Below are positions 9,109 through 18,425 of a stretch of DNA of 64,000 nt, in pieces (positions within the stretch are counted from its first letter, which is position 1; every line of letters begins with the position of its first letter). The stretch is taken from contig JBGPQP010000001.1 of the NCBI GenBank assembly GCA_041489155.1, positions 87,824-151,823 of the forward strand. The letters are read 5' to 3'. Under the pieces are notes generated by a model that was given only the letters and a program-made list of their open reading frames with translations, was not told where the DNA came from and did no database searches. The position numbers and the translations under genes are program-made. The DNA comes from Candidatus Aenigmatarchaeota archaeon. Lineage in GTDB: Archaea > Aenigmatarchaeota > Aenigmatarchaeia > QMZP01 > QMZT01.

Positions 9109-9828
9109 TCAGACAATGTCTTTCAGCCTGTTCATTATCTCTTCTATTGACTCGATCCTGCACAAAGCCACGGGTATGCTCTCGACTTCAGCGATGTTCA
9201 TGGCAACTTCATTCACCTTGTCTATGCCGTGAAGCACGACCAGACCGGGCTGCAGACCGGTGAGCTTGATGGCAACCATTGGCGTTTTTCCGGTAGTCAC
9301 GCCCGTGAAGAGAAGGGCGCGTTGTGTCGTAGTTCCATAAAGCTGGATCAGCTGGTTGTGTGAAAGCTCCAGTATTGCCTTCACAGAGTCTACAATGGTG
9401 TAACCGTATATTTCCCTGTCAATGGGGGCACGTTTTGTTATTATGCCTGCGTTTATTTTCCTGCAGAAATCCTCTACAGGGACGCCGCTAGAAAATTCGC
9501 GTATGTCTATTATCGCCTTGGAAAGGTTCGAAGTGCTGGCGACCTGGGCGAAGGTCTTGAGAACATTTCCGCCCCTTTTGATGTCAAGACCTATCAGCGA
9601 ATTGACGTACCTCTTTATGACGTTTATGCCTGGCGATTTCCTTCTGCCTGATTCATAGTCGGATATGACAGATGACGTAATGCCAATGTACTCGGCGAGC
9701 CTCTTCTGCGAAAAACCGAAGATTACCCTCCATTTCTTCAGGACCTGCTCGGGTTTTTCGGACAGTATGATTTCTCCTGTTATATCCTTTGCTAGCCTGT
9801 CTCTTGAAAGGTTAAATTCGTCAACCAT
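9109..9828 (-). CDS. Archaeal XRE-HTH transcriptional regulator (COG1709-like)
   Basis: KKWR..F..SQKRLA...SSVISDYESGRRKSPG HTH; C-terminal RALLFTGVTTGKTPMVAI. Confidence 0.85.
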   Translation of the reverse strand: MVDEFNLSRDRLAKDITGEIILSEKPEQVLKKWRVIFGFSQKRLAEYIGITSSVISDYESGRRKSPGINVIKRYVNSLIGLDIKRGGNVLKTFAQVASTSNLSKAIIDIREFSSGVPVEDFCRKINAGIITKRAPIDREIYGYTIVDSVKAILELSHNQLIQLYGTTTQRALLFTGVTTGKTPMVAIKLTGLQPGLVVLHGIDKVNEVAMNIAEVESIPVALCRIESIEEIMNRLKDIV

Positions 9829-9978
9829 AGAATAAATTTACGTCAATTATTTAAATATATATATGTTTTGTACGTCTGATGTGCGTATGTTGTTTAATCG
9901 TGTTTGCGGTCTTGGCTTGTTTAAACAAATGTTTATGTTTAAACTCAACTTCTTAAGCCGCTGTTTGAATTTCTAAAA

Positions 9979-11205
9979 ATGTTCCTGGAGATTTTGCTTT
10001 TTGTTCTCCTCGGAATCGTGCTTGGTTTCTTCACAGGGCTCGCGCCAGGCATACATCCCAACACAATATTTGCCTTTACGCTTTCCCTTTCGTTTCTGTT
10101 TATCGGTTTTCCGATTCAGGCAATACTGGCCTTCGTTGTTTCACTGGCGGTTTCGAATACATTTTTTGATTTCATCCCATCAATATTTTTCGGAGCACCA
10201 GAGGAAGATTCGGCGATTTCGGTTCTTCCTGGCCACAGGATGCTGCTGAAAGGGAGAGGATACGAAGCAATTTTCCTCACTGCGATGGGAGGGCTGGGGG
10301 TCATGTTTCTCACGGTTATGAGCCTGCCATTCCTTTTCGTCCTTCTGCCGTCGATCTACTTTGTTATAAAACCCGTGATCCACATCATCCTCATAACAGC
10401 TGTTTTATGGATGGTCTGGATGGAAAGAGGAACGAAAAAACGATTGGCAGCGGCTTCAATATTTCTCGCATCCGGCATTTTCGGTTTCATTACACTCAAT
10501 TCTTTGCCTTCGGACGGAGCGCTGTTCCCCGCCCTCACAGGCCTTTTCGGCCTGAGCACGATCCTTACAAGCATCATGGAGAAGACAAGGATACCGCCGC
10601 AGAAGATACGGAGCGAAGTTCACGGAAACTGGCTAAAGGGGAGTCTGGCAGGCTGGATTGCCGGCATGATTTCCGGGCTGCTTCCTGGTCTGGGTTCTTC
10701 TCAGGCAGGCATAATTGCAGCCCAAGCGCTAAAAGCCAAGATGAAGGAGTTCCTCATCGCCCTTGGCGGCATAAACACGTCCAACATGTTTTTCACGTTC
10801 ATTGTCTTCTATCTGCTCGGTAAAACGAGATCCGGCGCTGTATGGATGATTTCACAGATTATGGACCAGTTCACAGTGCAGGACATGGGCATCATTGTCG
10901 TGGTCGGAGTGATTACCGCGCTTGTTTCCGCAGTAGCCACCATAAAAGCAGCCAGACTGCTTCTGGGTTTCATGAGAAAACTAAACTACACCAAGACTAT
11001 GATAATCACGGCCTGCGTGCTTTCTGTAATGATCGTGGCTTTATCAGGGCCGCTGGGAGTTATGATTTCGGTAACAGGAACCTTTCTGGGTCTGTTGGCG
11101 GTGTCAACAGGCATCAAAAGAACGAATCTCATGGGGTTTTTAATATTGCCAACCATCCTTTACTTCTCCGGCTTCAACCCGTTCTTTTCAGGAATATTGT
11201 GGTAA
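9979..11205 (+). CDS. Tripartite tricarboxylate transporter TctA-like membrane protein (DUF112)
   Basis: GLAPGIHPN, FIPSIFFGAP, SVLPGH...GRGYEA, PALTGLFG; many TM helices. Confidence 0.85.
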   Translation: MFLEILLFVLLGIVLGFFTGLAPGIHPNTIFAFTLSLSFLFIGFPIQAILAFVVSLAVSNTFFDFIPSIFFGAPEEDSAISVLPGHRMLLKGRGYEAIFLTAMGGLGVMFLTVMSLPFLFVLLPSIYFVIKPVIHIILITAVLWMVWMERGTKKRLAAASIFLASGIFGFITLNSLPSDGALFPALTGLFGLSTILTSIMEKTRIPPQKIRSEVHGNWLKGSLAGWIAGMISGLLPGLGSSQAGIIAAQALKAKMKEFLIALGGINTSNMFFTFIVFYLLGKTRSGAVWMISQIMDQFTVQDMGIIVVVGVITALVSAVATIKAARLLLGFMRKLNYTKTMIITACVLSVMIVALSGPLGVMISVTGTFLGLLAVSTGIKRTNLMGFLILPTILYFSGFNPFFSGILW

Positions 11206-11400
11206 CCCCTTCATTTCCTGTGAAACATGAGCAAAACAAGCTTATATAGGACATGTTTTAAAATATAATTTCCATAAGAAATGAAGGTTGTTTCACCTTC
11301 ACCGTGAAATTACCAGCGTTGAAAATGAAGGTATCCTTCGTGAACTTCATGCAAAACTCCACAGGAAACAGAGGGGGTTCATACTTCATGGTGAAGTTCA
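11206..11400. promoter_or_regulatory. Second ORB cluster (candidate origin/Orc1-binding site) between convergent genes
   Basis: Minus GTTTCACAGGAAATGAAGGGG (11206-11226); plus TTTCCATAAGAAATGAAGG (11269-11287); plus CTCCACAGGAAACAGAGGGGG (11357-11377). AT-rich stretch at 11240-11270. Confidence 0.7.
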
Positions 11401-11432
11401 TTTGCTCGGCATGCTCAAGCCGAACCTTATAA

Positions 11433-14072
11433 TCAGATTACAATGCTGCTGGCAGGTCCTTGCGGCGAAGAGAACAGCAGTAAACCACCGCATTCGCAGG
11501 CTCCGCTTAGCGGAGGCATCGCATATGTTTTGCAGCATTTTTTGCAGATGAAGCCGTTAAAGTCTTTCATGGAAACTTCCTTCGCTTCAATCGCTTTTCC
11601 GCCATTTCCGTTCAATATGCCGAACAAATCGATCTGCTTGCCTTTGCCAAGAAGCTCGGTCTTTGAAATGCCTAGCGCATCGAATATTCGTTCGAGCGGA
11701 GGAAGCAGCTGGTTTTCTATGTAGTACTTCGAGTCTATTTCCAGCCCCCGTTCCATGACGTAAACCGGGTCTTCCGCCCTTTTTGACAGGAGATCGAGGC
11801 CTTTTATTATCACATAACCAATCCTGTCCCCGACGCCTGGCGCTTCAGCCGGCGTGCGTTTCTTTATCTTTTTCACGAGTTCTGCATGCGGCTGCATGCC
11901 GTCATAGCGTTCCGCTCCTTTGGTCATGGTCTTGGTTATTATCAGCTTCTGTATGGGTATCCCGCCAGTGACCATTTCATCAGTAACGTTTTTGAAATAT
12001 TTCACAGCCTGCTTGATGTCATTTGCCTTGAGTATGGTTTCCAAAATCTTCTCTATTGTTTCTGATGTAAGATCGCACCAGTCTCTCCGGACGGTTTCAA
12101 TACCCTTCGTTTCTATGCTTTCAACCCAGCTCCCGTTGACGTAATCGAAACGCCATGCAGCATAGCGTTTTTTTGTGAGAGGCAGGAAGCGCTTGAAAAT
12201 TTTCTCGAAATCAAGTTCCATCACGCCCTTCAGGCCTGACGTAACGTTTTTGGCCACTTCGTCTCCGGCTTTCTTCATCTCATCGAGATCCTCGAAAGGC
12301 ACCTTGACCATCACGGAATCCGTGTCACCGTAAACGACCCTGTAGCCGAACTTCTCCTCTATGTATTCTTTCGTCTTCTTTATGGTTTCCCTTCCGAATC
12401 CGGTTATCGAGTTGGCTATTTCAAGAGAGTAGATTTTCGCTCTGGGGTAGCCGAAATAGCCATAGAAGGCGTTGGCCATTATCTTGAGGGCGAACTGCTT
12501 CGCTTTCAGTTCACGTATGCGTTCAGGCTTCGGCTCCTTCTTCATTTCCCTTTTCACGTTTTGCCTCTCCTTCATAAGATGCTCCAGTATCCGTGGTATT
12601 ATCCCCTTCCTGACGTTTTCTGGCACGAATCTCGCCCCGGACGGCGACTGCACGGCGCCCTCGATTTCTCCGTCCAGAAGCAAAGTCGTCGGGCACATGT
12701 TATACGTCCGGATGAGCGAAGGGTACATGGACTTGAAATCAAGCACAAGGACGCTTGAGTGCAGGCCCTTGTCAGGTTCTATAACGAAACCGCCTTTCAA
12801 TTCGACCTTTCTGGCGTTTTCCCGCTTGGCGACTTCCATGTTGTCCGACTTGCATGGAATTATGAAGTTCTCTTTATTGAACTCCCTCAGTATAAGGTTT
12901 TCGATCCTCGTGGTCTCGCCGGAATCAAGTATGTCCTGCAGTAGGATTCCTGAAATCTTGGAAAGAGCAATGTACTTGTCCAGCAGGTTGAGTTTCAGCA
13001 AAAGGTTCATCGCGATAACGGAGTCCTTTTTCGCGTAATTCACCAGAAGCCTGAATTTTTCCTGGTTGCCCTTCCAGAGCTTTTCTATCTCCGATTTCTT
13101 CACAGGTTCCTTTTCCTCGCCGAGCAGCTCAAGACCCACGGTGTTCAGGTCATATCTCTTGAGGGAGAAGTCACGTTTGACAATTTCAAAGGAATCAACT
13201 ATTACCCTCCCGGATATGTTTATCTTGAATCTGCTCATCATCTGGTGTTTCGTAACGGGTTTTGTGCACCTACCGAAACTCGCGAATACCCCTCTTTCCT
13301 TCATTCTGTCGAGTATGTAGGGTATGTCGAAGTTATTGACGTTGAAGCCGGTGATGATGTCAGGGTCATAGTCCATTATTACGTCTATCAGTCCCCTGAG
13401 CATTTCACTTTCGTCCTCAAAAAAGGTAACGTCCTTGTCGGACCTCGTGCTCAGCACCATTTCCTTCCTCCCCTTGTGCGCATCGCTGAAAACGAGCGAA
13501 ATCATTATTATCGGGTCCTTCCTGCCGTCAGGCATTTCCCCCTCTTTAAGCGAAACGCACTCTATGTCAAGTGCCAGATATTTCAGCGGCGCGATGCCAT
13601 CCTTGTCGGCATGCCTGAATTCCTTTATTTTTATCCTTTTTTCCGTTTTCACGGTGTTCGTCGGGACGCCGTTCGTGTCTTCAACTTCCAGCCAGTCCAT
13701 GCCCTTTAGGCCGAAGTCCGCCATGAACCTGTATTTGAAAGGAATGTCAGCCTCGAAGACACGGAAGCCTCTTGACATGAGCTTTTCCCTCAGCTCAGGC
13801 GTCTTTGCAGGATTTTTTATTACGACTTTCCAGACATCCTTCATCTCCGTCTGGTAGCCGAGCGGAAGGAATTTTTTCACCTTCTCCAGACGCACGAAAT
13901 TCGCTTCGTTCTTTACATGATCCTCGATATTGTTTCCGAGCACGTAGAAATAGGGCTCGAAATTCTCGTAGAAACCGCATACGGTTTCGCCATTTTCAGT
14001 CTTGCCGAAAAGCCTTATTATCGGCTTTTCGTCGACCAGCGTGTAGTCCACGTCGAGTATCTGGAAAAGCAT
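11433..14072 (-). CDS. polB: Family B DNA polymerase, Pol-delta-like, with C-terminal PIP-like box and DP2-type Zn finger
   Basis: Exo I DIEC, Exo II FNVNNFD, Exo III YAKKD; DFKSMYPS, KIMANAFYG, YGDTDS, KKRY, KGIETVRRDWC. C-terminal QIDLF and CKKC...PPLSGACECGG. Confidence 0.96.
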   Translation of the reverse strand: MLFQILDVDYTLVDEKPIIRLFGKTENGETVCGFYENFEPYFYVLGNNIEDHVKNEANFVRLEKVKKFLPLGYQTEMKDVWKVVIKNPAKTPELREKLMSRGFRVFEADIPFKYRFMADFGLKGMDWLEVEDTNGVPTNTVKTEKRIKIKEFRHADKDGIAPLKYLALDIECVSLKEGEMPDGRKDPIIMISLVFSDAHKGRKEMVLSTRSDKDVTFFEDESEMLRGLIDVIMDYDPDIITGFNVNNFDIPYILDRMKERGVFASFGRCTKPVTKHQMMSRFKINISGRVIVDSFEIVKRDFSLKRYDLNTVGLELLGEEKEPVKKSEIEKLWKGNQEKFRLLVNYAKKDSVIAMNLLLKLNLLDKYIALSKISGILLQDILDSGETTRIENLILREFNKENFIIPCKSDNMEVAKRENARKVELKGGFVIEPDKGLHSSVLVLDFKSMYPSLIRTYNMCPTTLLLDGEIEGAVQSPSGARFVPENVRKGIIPRILEHLMKERQNVKREMKKEPKPERIRELKAKQFALKIMANAFYGYFGYPRAKIYSLEIANSITGFGRETIKKTKEYIEEKFGYRVVYGDTDSVMVKVPFEDLDEMKKAGDEVAKNVTSGLKGVMELDFEKIFKRFLPLTKKRYAAWRFDYVNGSWVESIETKGIETVRRDWCDLTSETIEKILETILKANDIKQAVKYFKNVTDEMVTGGIPIQKLIITKTMTKGAERYDGMQPHAELVKKIKKRTPAEAPGVGDRIGYVIIKGLDLLSKRAEDPVYVMERGLEIDSKYYIENQLLPPLERIFDALGISKTELLGKGKQIDLFGILNGNGGKAIEAKEVSMKDFNGFICKKCCKTYAMPPLSGACECGGLLLFSSPQGPASSIVI

Positions 14073-14211
14073 ATTGAGATTTGCCTGCGCAATATTAAAA
14101 CCATTTCGTTATCCAAAAGTATACTTTGAAAAATGGATTTCACAGGACCGAAATTTTTAATAAAACGCTGGGTTTTTAAACCAATTGCCACAATAATCTT
14201 TATTGGTCGCT

Positions 14212-14541
14212 ATGAAAATGGATCCGAAACACATGGAGAAAATGATGAAGCAGATGGGCATGAATGTCACAAACATCGACGCAGAAGAGGTCGTGATTCG
14301 CACGCCCGATAAGGACATCATTATAACGAATCCCCAGGTCTCGAAAATTAAGGCAATGGGGCAGGAGACCTTCCAGATTTCAGGCGACGTCAGCGAGAGG
14401 GAAAGAAGCGACGAGGACGTCAGCGAAGACGACGTCGAGATGGTCGCAGAACAGGCAGGCGTTTCCAAAGAGGAAGCAAGGGAAATGCTGCGCGAGACAG
14501 GCGACATCGCCGAGGCTATAATGCGGCTCAAAAAGGAATAG
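14212..14541 (+). CDS. nac: Nascent polypeptide-associated complex protein
   Basis: KMMKQMG...AEEVVI...PQVS...GQETFQI; UBA-like DVEMVAEQAGVS...GDIAEAIM. Confidence 0.92.
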   Translation: MKMDPKHMEKMMKQMGMNVTNIDAEEVVIRTPDKDIIITNPQVSKIKAMGQETFQISGDVSERERSDEDVSEDDVEMVAEQAGVSKEEAREMLRETGDIAEAIMRLKKE

Positions 14542-14590
14542 GGCCAGTGGCTATTTCTGCAATTTAAAGAACTGGTGACAAATTTATTTA

Positions 14591-17311
14591 ATGGACATCT
14601 CTTCTGATATTCGCTGGCATGAACTTGAAGCAAATGAAGTTCTAAAAAAACTGGGGACGACAACAAAAGGTCTTTCTGAAAATGAAGCGGAGGCTAGGCT
14701 GGCAACATTCGGCTACAATGAACTACAAAAACAGAAAGGCGTGAGCAAGCTCGAAATTTTCGTTTCCCAATTCAAAAGCATCCTCATAATCATACTTATC
14801 GGCGCAACCATTTTCTCGGCGCTTATAGGCGAATTGATTGATGCAATAGCCATAATAACAATAGTTATTTTGAATGCTATCTTTGGTTTTGTCCAGGAGT
14901 ACCGCGCAGAAAAGACGATAGAGGCGCTCAAAAAACTCACGTCTCCGGAAGCTATAGTGATGCGCGATGGCAAGGAAAAAAAAATAGACAGCCGGCTCTT
15001 GGTTCCGGGCGACTTGGTTATGCTTGAAGAAGGCAGCCGCATACCTGTCGACATGCGGCTAATCCAGACATCGGAGTTGAAAATAGACGAGGCCATCCTG
15101 ACGGGCGAATCATCAGCCGTGACAAAGAACACCGACATATCCAAGGCAGCATCGATCGCAGACAGAAAGAACACGGCTTACATGGGGACCCTTGTCACGT
15201 ACGGAAGAGGCACGGGCATCGTTGTCAGCACGGGCATGAAGACCGAGATGGGCAAGATAGCGCATGTGGTGCAGGAAGAGCAGGAACAGGAAACGCCCTT
15301 ACAAAAAAAGATTGGCGTCTTCGGAAAGAGACTGGGTCTTTTGATTCTCGTTATATGTGCTTTGGTTATTGTCATAGGCCTCGTAAGGGAGGGGCCACTC
15401 GCAGGACAGCCGCTCACTGAGAAATTGATTATTACGATGGTGATAACCGGTATCGCTCTTGCAGTCGCCGCCATACCGGAAGGTCTCCCGGCGGTGATGA
15501 CCATTACCCTCGCGCTCGGTTTACAGAGACTGGCCAAGCGCAATGCCCTCATGCGCAAATTACCGGCGGTTGAGGCGCTTGGCTCCACCACTGTCATATG
15601 CTCGGATAAAACAGGGACCCTGACAAAGAATGAGATGACCATAAGCAGGATATGGTACCCGGATGAATTCGTCGAGGTAACTGGCGAGGGCTACAAGCCA
15701 GAAGGCAAATTCATTTCGGGTGGTAAGGAAGTCGCTGCCAAAACGATTGAGCACGTTTCATTCATGCTCAAAGTCGGTACGCTGTGCACTAATGCCAATC
15801 TGGAAATGAGCGAAAAGGAATTCAACATCCTGGGCGATCCAACGGAAGGAGCGATAGTTGTCGCTGCAAAGAAAATAGGCCTCGACAAAAAGGAGCTTGA
15901 TGCGAAATTCAGAAGAATTCATGAGATTCCATTCTCCTCCGAAAGAAAAATGATGACTACCCTGAACCAGCTATCCGGAAAAAATGCCATGGCCTGCATC
16001 AAGGGAGCGACTGAAGTGATAGTGAATCTTTGCGACAAGATACACGTCGACGGCAAGACAACCAAAATGACGCACGAATGGAAAGAGAAAATACTCTCAA
16101 AAAACATTTCAATGACGGATCAGGCGCTCCGCGTCCTTGCAATCGCATACAAGGAAACTGACGGGCAGGACTACAAATCGGCCGAAAAGAATTTGACGTT
16201 CCTTGGTTTGGTCGGCATGATCGACCCGCCGAGAGAGGAAGCGATAGAGAGCGTAAAGGTATGCAAGACAGCTGGCATACGCGTCGTCATGATAACAGGC
16301 GACCATAAGAACACCGCAATCGCAGTCGCCAGAAAACTCGGCCTGCTGGACGAACATGAAAGAGCAATTACCGGGGAAGAGATGGACAAGATTTCAGATG
16401 AAGAACTGGATAAAATAGTCAACGAAGTCGCAGTCTACGCGAGAGTCAACCCTCTCCACAAAGTCAGGATAGTTGATGCCCTGAAAAAGAAAGGAGAAAT
16501 CGTCGCCATGACAGGCGACGGCGTGAACGATGCGCCTGCACTGAAGCGCGCAGGCATAGGCATCGCCATGGGCATAAAAGGCACGGATGTCTCCAAGGAA
16601 GCTTCGGACATGATCCTGCGTGATGATAATTTTTCATCCATAGTAAGCGCCGTATATGAAGGGAGGGCCATATACGATAATATTAAAAACTTTATACAGT
16701 ATCTGCTGTCGAGCAATGTCGGCGAGGTGATGATAGTTTTCTTTGCCCTTCTCATAGGTTTCCAGGACCCGGCGACACTCGGGATACTGCTGCCGGTGAC
16801 GGCAATACAGCTTTTGTGGATAAATCTATTGACAGACGGCCTGCCGGCTCTGGCGCTTGGTGTCGATCCGGCGGCGCCAGGCATAATGGAAAGGCCGCCG
16901 AGGGACCCGAAAGAAGGAATACTCACAAAGGCGATGCTCACCGATATCCTGATTTTCGGCATGATAATGTGTGCAGGCACGCTCATACTGTTTGATATGA
17001 ACCTTCCCACAGGCAGAACACATGCAATCACGGTCGCTTTCACGGCAATAGTGATGTTCGAGATGGTGCGAGTCGAATCAGTGAGAGCGAAACACAAACT
17101 TGGGTTTTTTTCGAACAAAAAACTGATACTAGCAATTGCCTCATCCGTGTTTTTGCAGCTGCTCATTGTCTATACGCCATTCTTCCAGACCATATTCGAA
17201 ACAACTGCCATCGGCTTGGCCGATTGGGCGGAAATAATAGCCGTGTCGGTGATAGTATTCTTTACAATGAAGCTGAAGAGAATTGTTTTCAAAGAAAACG
17301 TCTGGGAGTAG
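14591..17311 (+). CDS. P-type (IIA, SERCA-like) Ca2+-transporting ATPase
   Basis: [47 protein letters not shown]. Confidence 0.93.
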   Translation: MDISSDIRWHELEANEVLKKLGTTTKGLSENEAEARLATFGYNELQKQKGVSKLEIFVSQFKSILIIILIGATIFSALIGELIDAIAIITIVILNAIFGFVQEYRAEKTIEALKKLTSPEAIVMRDGKEKKIDSRLLVPGDLVMLEEGSRIPVDMRLIQTSELKIDEAILTGESSAVTKNTDISKAASIADRKNTAYMGTLVTYGRGTGIVVSTGMKTEMGKIAHVVQEEQEQETPLQKKIGVFGKRLGLLILVICALVIVIGLVREGPLAGQPLTEKLIITMVITGIALAVAAIPEGLPAVMTITLALGLQRLAKRNALMRKLPAVEALGSTTVICSDKTGTLTKNEMTISRIWYPDEFVEVTGEGYKPEGKFISGGKEVAAKTIEHVSFMLKVGTLCTNANLEMSEKEFNILGDPTEGAIVVAAKKIGLDKKELDAKFRRIHEIPFSSERKMMTTLNQLSGKNAMACIKGATEVIVNLCDKIHVDGKTTKMTHEWKEKILSKNISMTDQALRVLAIAYKETDGQDYKSAEKNLTFLGLVGMIDPPREEAIESVKVCKTAGIRVVMITGDHKNTAIAVARKLGLLDEHERAITGEEMDKISDEELDKIVNEVAVYARVNPLHKVRIVDALKKKGEIVAMTGDGVNDAPALKRAGIGIAMGIKGTDVSKEASDMILRDDNFSSIVSAVYEGRAIYDNIKNFIQYLLSSNVGEVMIVFFALLIGFQDPATLGILLPVTAIQLLWINLLTDGLPALALGVDPAAPGIMERPPRDPKEGILTKAMLTDILIFGMIMCAGTLILFDMNLPTGRTHAITVAFTAIVMFEMVRVESVRAKHKLGFFSNKKLILAIASSVFLQLLIVYTPFFQTIFETTAIGLADWAEIIAVSVIVFFTMKLKRIVFKENVWE

Positions 17312-17372
17312 CGATGAGAGCAAATTTTAATAGCCGCCAAACCAAAATAAACCAAAGTATCGGGTGTGCTGC

Positions 17373-18380
17373 ATGATCACGATGGTTTTCGCAATTCTCG
17401 TAGCGTTTTTCACAGTGCTTTTCATAACGCCGTCTATAAAAAAATTTCTGGAAAGATCCGGCATAGCCGGTGTTGACCAGCAGAAAAAGGACAAGCCAAT
17501 AATGGCGACTTCGGCAGGGATACTGGTGATTTGCGGCGTCCTTCTCGGCGGGTTTTTCTTTATAGGCATACACACGTTTCTGATTCGTATATCACTTAAT
17601 GCTTCCTATCTTCTGGCTGCCTACTGCTCGATCCTGATCATAACCTTTGTAGGCTTCTTGGACGATATCAATGTTTCAAAGGCGCCCAAGAAAAACAAGG
17701 GCGTTGCCGACATAAGAATCGGCCTGAAACAGTGGCAGAAACCCCTGCTCACGCTGCCTGCTGCCATACCGCTGATGGCGATAATGGCAGGCACAAAAAC
17801 AATGGACTTCCCGTTTCTGGGCACGATTGATTTTGGAATAATTTACCCCCTTATAATCGTGCCTACGGCAGTCGTTGTCATAAGCAACGCTGCCAACATG
17901 CTGGCTGGCATGAACGGCCTTGAAGCGGGCCTGGGCATAGTTTCCACGTTCTCGCTTGGCCTTTATACCCTAATGCTCGGCCGCCTAGAAGCAAGTCTTA
18001 TAGCCTTTACGCTTTGTTTTTCACTGCTGGCGTTCATTAAATGGAACTGGTTCCCTGCGAAGTTCCTGCCAGGCGATTCGCTCACCTATCTCATAGGCGC
18101 TTCGCTCGCGTCTATAATCATAATAGGCAACATAGAGAAGTTTGGCCTGATAGTTCTTACACCATGGATAATTGAAGCATTCTTGAAGCTGCGATCGAAA
18201 TTAAGGGCCAGAAGCCTTGGCGACCTGCAAAATAACGGAACGCTTTCTGCACCTTACAAAAAGATATATTCGCTCAATCATCTCGTCATGAAGATAAAAC
18301 CGATGAAGGAACGGGAAATCACCGCGATACTTATTTTGTTTGAAGCGCTTGTCTGCCTGCTTGCCTTCATTCTCGTTTAA
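17373..18380 (+). CDS. UDP-GlcNAc:polyprenyl/dolichyl-phosphate GlcNAc-1-P transferase (MraY/GPT family, AglH-like)
   Basis: GVDQQK, GFLDD, NAANMLAGMNGLE, NWFPAKFLPGDS, GNIEK; about 10 TM helices. Confidence 0.85.
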   Translation: MITMVFAILVAFFTVLFITPSIKKFLERSGIAGVDQQKKDKPIMATSAGILVICGVLLGGFFFIGIHTFLIRISLNASYLLAAYCSILIITFVGFLDDINVSKAPKKNKGVADIRIGLKQWQKPLLTLPAAIPLMAIMAGTKTMDFPFLGTIDFGIIYPLIIVPTAVVVISNAANMLAGMNGLEAGLGIVSTFSLGLYTLMLGRLEASLIAFTLCFSLLAFIKWNWFPAKFLPGDSLTYLIGASLASIIIIGNIEKFGLIVLTPWIIEAFLKLRSKLRARSLGDLQNNGTLSAPYKKIYSLNHLVMKIKPMKEREITAILILFEALVCLLAFILV

Positions 18381-18425
18381 GCGGCAATTGTATAAAATTC
18401 AAAGAAGTCATCCCAAAAAGATAGC

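Noticed and set aside
11288..11551. 87-aa plus-strand ORF
   Set aside because: Overlaps the polB 3' end antisense and the ORB cluster, has a TTG start and no motifs.
6281..14072. Inteins in Cdc6 or PolB
   Set aside because: Lengths are normal and conserved motifs are uninterrupted.
14138..14147. TTTCACAGGA partial ORB upstream of polB
   Set aside because: Single short match lacking the GGAAA and G-string continuation; could be chance.
14541..14590. GGGCCAGTGGCT resembles a tRNA 5' end
   Set aside because: No D-arm, T-loop (GTTCGA) or acceptor stem follows, and the gap is only about 50 bp.
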